64,000 nucleotides of DNA from NCBI GenBank assembly GCA_965224085.1, contig CBDCYI010000005.1:1152001-1216000 (forward strand), given 5' to 3'. This DNA comes from Candidatus Marinacidobacterales bacterium. Lineage in GTDB: Bacteria; Acidobacteriota; Vicinamibacteria; Marinacidobacterales; SMYC01. Positions 60,676 to 64,000 of this stretch are shown here, one piece after another. The translations under genes and the position numbers were made by a program. Below the pieces are notes generated by a model. That model did not search any database. It was not told where the DNA came from and saw only the letters and a program-made list of their open reading frames with translations. Positions within the stretch are counted from its first letter, which is position 1. Every line of letters begins with the position of its first letter.

Positions 60676-61350
60676 ATGAGATCGACACTTCTGGTGTTGT
60701 GCCTGCTCCTGCCCACCATGGGTTTCGGGCAATCTCTCGGGGAGCTCGCCAAAAAAGAAAAAGAGCGCCGGGAAAAGAACAAAGAAGAGGGCAAGGAAGT
60801 GCTCGTGATCTCCGACGACGCACTTGCAACAAAAGACGAGACGAGTTTGGAGAACGAGACTACGTCCGCGAACGCCCGGTCCTCGTCCGGGGGTACGCCG
60901 AGCCCCGGCGCAAGGCGCTCGGAAGAAGAACGTAGGGCGATCGAAAATGATCCGGAAGAAGACGCAGTCGTCGTGCCGACGCAAATCTCTGTTGATGTCC
61001 CACTCGAAGACCGGCTTCAAACGTTCAACGTTATGAAGAAAGACTACGAGCGACAAGTCAGCGAAATCGACAAAAGTATCGCCGAGAACGACGAAAGTAT
61101 CCGTCAGCTCGATGCCCGCATTGCTGCTGCGTCGGCGCTCGGAGGCGGCGGCCTACCCGTCGCGCCCCGAACCGGTACGGGCGCGGCCACTCAGCCTATG
61201 ACAGGGCAGGACGCAGCCCATCTCATCGGGGAACAGGATCGCTTGAAAGCGACCAACGAGACGCTCCGGAAGCAGAAAGACAAGCTCAAGACGGATTTGA
61301 AGGCGAAGGGCCGCGCCGCGGGCATCCCGCCGGGATATTTGCGGTTCTAA
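60676..61350 (+). CDS. secreted coiled-coil hypothetical protein
   Basis: GGAGG RBS; signal peptide; QSLGELAKKEKERR; C-terminal RAAGIPPGYLR. Confidence 0.75.
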   Translation: MRSTLLVLCLLLPTMGFGQSLGELAKKEKERREKNKEEGKEVLVISDDALATKDETSLENETTSANARSSSGGTPSPGARRSEEERRAIENDPEEDAVVVPTQISVDVPLEDRLQTFNVMKKDYERQVSEIDKSIAENDESIRQLDARIAAASALGGGGLPVAPRTGTGAATQPMTGQDAAHLIGEQDRLKATNETLRKQKDKLKTDLKAKGRAAGIPPGYLRF

Positions 61351-61412
61351 GCCTCAGTCAGAATCGTCTCTGCGGTTCAAAACGCTTCCAGGTTTTACCT
61401 GGCTGGCGTTAG

Positions 61413-63102
61413 CTAGTTCCTGTCCAGAAACACCATAACTTGTGGTGTACGAGAGGCCTATCGAAGATGTGGGTATTATACGTTTTCAGTCGGCACCTCG
61501 TAGGCTCGGAAGCGAATGAAAATCTTGGACGAAACGAGAGGCGAATCGTCAGCAATCCATGGCTATAAACGCAGTAAGAGCAATCATTATTATCGTAATA
61601 GGTGCCTTGCCATTACCAACAGGTTGCAGGTGATGATGGAACTCCATACGTAGGATTTGAAAGAAGGCAATGAGCGCCATGTGCATCGGTCGAGACCAAA
61701 GACTCGTTTCAAGAACGAAATGACGCCTTCGATTCCGCAGCGAAATCGCCGTAGGCGTTGATAGACCCAGGAACTCTTGACCATATCGGTCACCGCGAAG
61801 TGAGCCTTGGTAAAGGCAACATCTTCAACTCCCTTGCCTTTGATGGCTTCCAAGTTTGCCTTTGAAGAAAACGCGCCATCGTAGGCAACCTGGCGCGGGG
61901 CCCGTTCGTAGAGTTCGACTTGACGGTCGATCATGGTTTCCGCGAGAGTTGAATCGGACGGATTCCCATCCAAGATCACGCAATCCAAAATCATCGAGGA
62001 CGAGCCACCAGTCAAACACACCTTGTGACCGTAGAGAGTCTCGCGCCGGTCTTTGCGAATAATGTCGGTGTGTTCTTCGAAGATCGAAACGACCTTTTCC
62101 TCCGCAGGCACACGCTCTTCATCAATCACTCTACGCCGAGTTTGGTTGATGACTTTTTCGGTGAGGACGAGAAAGTGCTTAAAATCCGCGGCGATCTTCT
62201 CCGCACTCGCTCGCTTCACCGGCTCGGTCAAGCCGGACTCGTCCAACTGGTCTGCAACGCGTTGAGCGGAGCGATAGGTTTCTTCCGACACCTTCAGTAG
62301 ATCTCGATAGACGCGACGCCTTTGTTCCTTATCCTTCGCGTTTAGAACTCCCAGTCGACGTCTCTTCGCTCGACGCGTTCGATTGCCGAAGACCACTACT
62401 GTACCCAGCAGTTCGCGAGTTCGGCACATGAGGCGAGTGAGAACTCGGACGCAGTCATAAAGAAGCTCGGAGTCCGTAGGAGAATGAATATTCGACTCCA
62501 CTACCGTGCAGTCCACTCGTACTTTTCTTCCTTTTTCGATCGCGGTCTTCTCGGCAACACTCACCAACTCTCGGTTGATTTTCTCCAGCGTTTCGAACTT
62601 CACGGCTTTGATGTTTGCTGCTAGGGTCGACTTCGACGGGCTCGGCTCTATGATGCCGAGCTGGCAAAACGTCCGATAGCTTCGAGAGTCTGCCAAGTGA
62701 AACGCCAGCTCCCGATAGGTGAACTGATTCAGCTGCTTGACCAACAACGCCCGGAGAACCTGCTCCGCGCTCATTCCCCCACGACCAACATCGCTCCCTG
62801 CCGATGGGGTGACCGACCTCAGGTCTTGCAGTACCAGCTCATTGAGCTTAGGATGGGCATCGAGCAGCGATGATATCGTTTCGAGCTCGCGTGCGTGCTC
62901 CAGCTCCAGCCAGGGCTCGCGAAGGCTTGGTTGTGGGTTGATCGTTTTTCGCATTTAGGGCTGGTCTCCTTTGGAGTTAAGTCGTTTAGAATCTGCGTTT
63001 TTGTCGACTCGATACTAAACGACACTCCCTCAGAAGGCTAGCCCTAAATTTGCGATTACCCCTTTTTTCTCAACCTCTTACACCTGTCAGGACGGGTACT
63101 AG
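61413..63102 (-). mobile_element. IS element (ISNCY/IS5-like) flanked by CTAG
   Basis: ends ctagttcctgtcc / ggacgggtactag; lower GC than surroundings; single transposase ORF. Confidence 0.8.
61590..62954 (-). CDS. DDE transposase (ISNCY/IS5-like)
   Basis: RVDCTVVESNIH.PTDS, EKVVSIFEEHTDII, YGHK, YDGAFSS, FRCGIEGVISFLKR.FGL. Confidence 0.9.
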   Translation of the reverse strand: MRKTINPQPSLREPWLELEHARELETISSLLDAHPKLNELVLQDLRSVTPSAGSDVGRGGMSAEQVLRALLVKQLNQFTYRELAFHLADSRSYRTFCQLGIIEPSPSKSTLAANIKAVKFETLEKINRELVSVAEKTAIEKGRKVRVDCTVVESNIHSPTDSELLYDCVRVLTRLMCRTRELLGTVVVFGNRTRRAKRRRLGVLNAKDKEQRRRVYRDLLKVSEETYRSAQRVADQLDESGLTEPVKRASAEKIAADFKHFLVLTEKVINQTRRRVIDEERVPAEEKVVSIFEEHTDIIRKDRRETLYGHKVCLTGGSSSMILDCVILDGNPSDSTLAETMIDRQVELYERAPRQVAYDGAFSSKANLEAIKGKGVEDVAFTKAHFAVTDMVKSSWVYQRLRRFRCGIEGVISFLKRVFGLDRCTWRSLPSFKSYVWSSIITCNLLVMARHLLR

Positions 63103-63110
63103 CTATTCTC

Positions 63111-64000
63111 TTATTCCAAGAGAAGCAAGAGTCTCTCACCTGTGCCCGCATCGGCAAGCGTCACGCTCTCGCGCGCGTCGATGCGCTCCACGACGTAGCC
63201 GCCGATGTGGTCGCCCACCCGGACGAGCCGCACGGTGCCCTCATAGCGCAGCGCCGCCAGCACCCGCCGCCGCACGTCGGACTCGAGCTCGGGCCGCACG
63301 AGCACGAATCCCGTGAGCTCGGGGCTCGGTGGCGCCTCCTGAACGTGGCCCTCGGTTTTGGGAAGCTCGGGGGGCGCGGCTTCTAGCTCGGGCGCAGTCT
63401 CGGGAGGCGCGGATTCTAGCTCGGGCGCGATGTTTCCGAACGCGAAAAGATCGCGTGCGAGAGCAAGAGGCGGCGGGCGCTCGATCCATGCGGCAAGGCT
63501 TTCGACCTCGGCGGGGCCCAGAGCTATAGGAGCCGACTCCACGTCGCGCGGCCACAACGCTGACCACTGGATCGCGAGCGTGATCGTGGAGCCGGCGCTT
63601 CGAAGTGAGAACGTGTCCGTCGATAGCGGCAACTGCATCGCTTCAACGCGCGAGAGATAGCCGAAGAGCCCGCCGAGCGAGCCCTGGTAGCTGGCATTGA
63701 TGCGGTTGCCGTCGAAACCGGCTGGAAGCCTGGCAGCGGATCGAAAATCAAGCGCGCGCCGCTCGACGGCTAGACCGCGCTCGGCCTCGATCAGAACAAC
63801 GCGAAGAGGTGCTATGCCGAGAGGCTCTGCCTGAGTCTTGTCGTGCGCCAGTGCTTTGAGCTTCTCGAAGCGTTGCCGCTCGCTCGACGAGGCGCGCTCT
63901 CTCTCCACCTGATTCGAACTTGCGGCGAACTGATTGGAGAGCTCGACTTGCTCCCGGGCGACGGAACGGCTTTCGACCCAAAGCGCGCCGTTGACGACGA
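63111..64000 (-). CDS. putative T2SS/type IV pilus accessory protein (PilO/GspM-like), 5' end outside window
   Basis: open frame to the window edge; ASYQGSLGGLFGYLSRVE ferredoxin-like segment; C-terminal LVRVGDHIGGYVVERID. Confidence 0.5.
   Translation of the reverse strand, partial: VVNGALWVESRSVAREQVELSNQFAASSNQVERERASSSERQRFEKLKALAHDKTQAEPLGIAPLRVVLIEAERGLAVERRALDFRSAARLPAGFDGNRINASYQGSLGGLFGYLSRVEAMQLPLSTDTFSLRSAGSTITLAIQWSALWPRDVESAPIALGPAEVESLAAWIERPPPLALARDLFAFGNIAPELESAPPETAPELEAAPPELPKTEGHVQEAPPSPELTGFVLVRPELESDVRRRVLAALRYEGTVRLVRVGDHIGGYVVERIDARESVTLADAGTGERLLLLLE

Overview
GC-rich bacterial chromosome segment. The gene content (TPR/CRTAC1-like FG-GAP proteins, DUF5916 paralogs, ADOP-type ABC permease, M14 peptidase, Ser/Thr kinases) suggests Acidobacteriota, probably Vicinamibacteria-like (inference). 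It carries housekeeping genes (pal, pyrK-pyrD-pyrF, HU, tRNA-Val, aminotransferase, 2-hydroxyacid dehydrogenase), signalling genes and many mobile or decayed pieces. Main results: (1) a MerB-like gene that the ORF track splits (24892-25581) has two in-frame UGA codons at the positions of the two catalytic cysteines, each followed by its own SECIS-like hairpin, so it is a candidate double-selenocysteine organometal lyase. (2) An IS1111-type IS110 element splits a TPR-kinase gene exactly in frame. Its right-end seek/bridge-RNA region is duplicated, contains segments matching the target and donor junctions, and is followed by a triplicated right end. (3) CTAG-bounded miniature inverted-repeat elements sit on stop codons. 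(4) A CIRCE operator precedes a pair of uncharacterised genes. (5) There is an MglA-GAF fusion and an NTT-HEAT/cNMP/phosphoesterase operon. Many frameshifts, exact tandem duplications and chimeric gene junctions mean part of the structure may be assembly or amplification artefact. All family calls come from motif recognition, not database searches.
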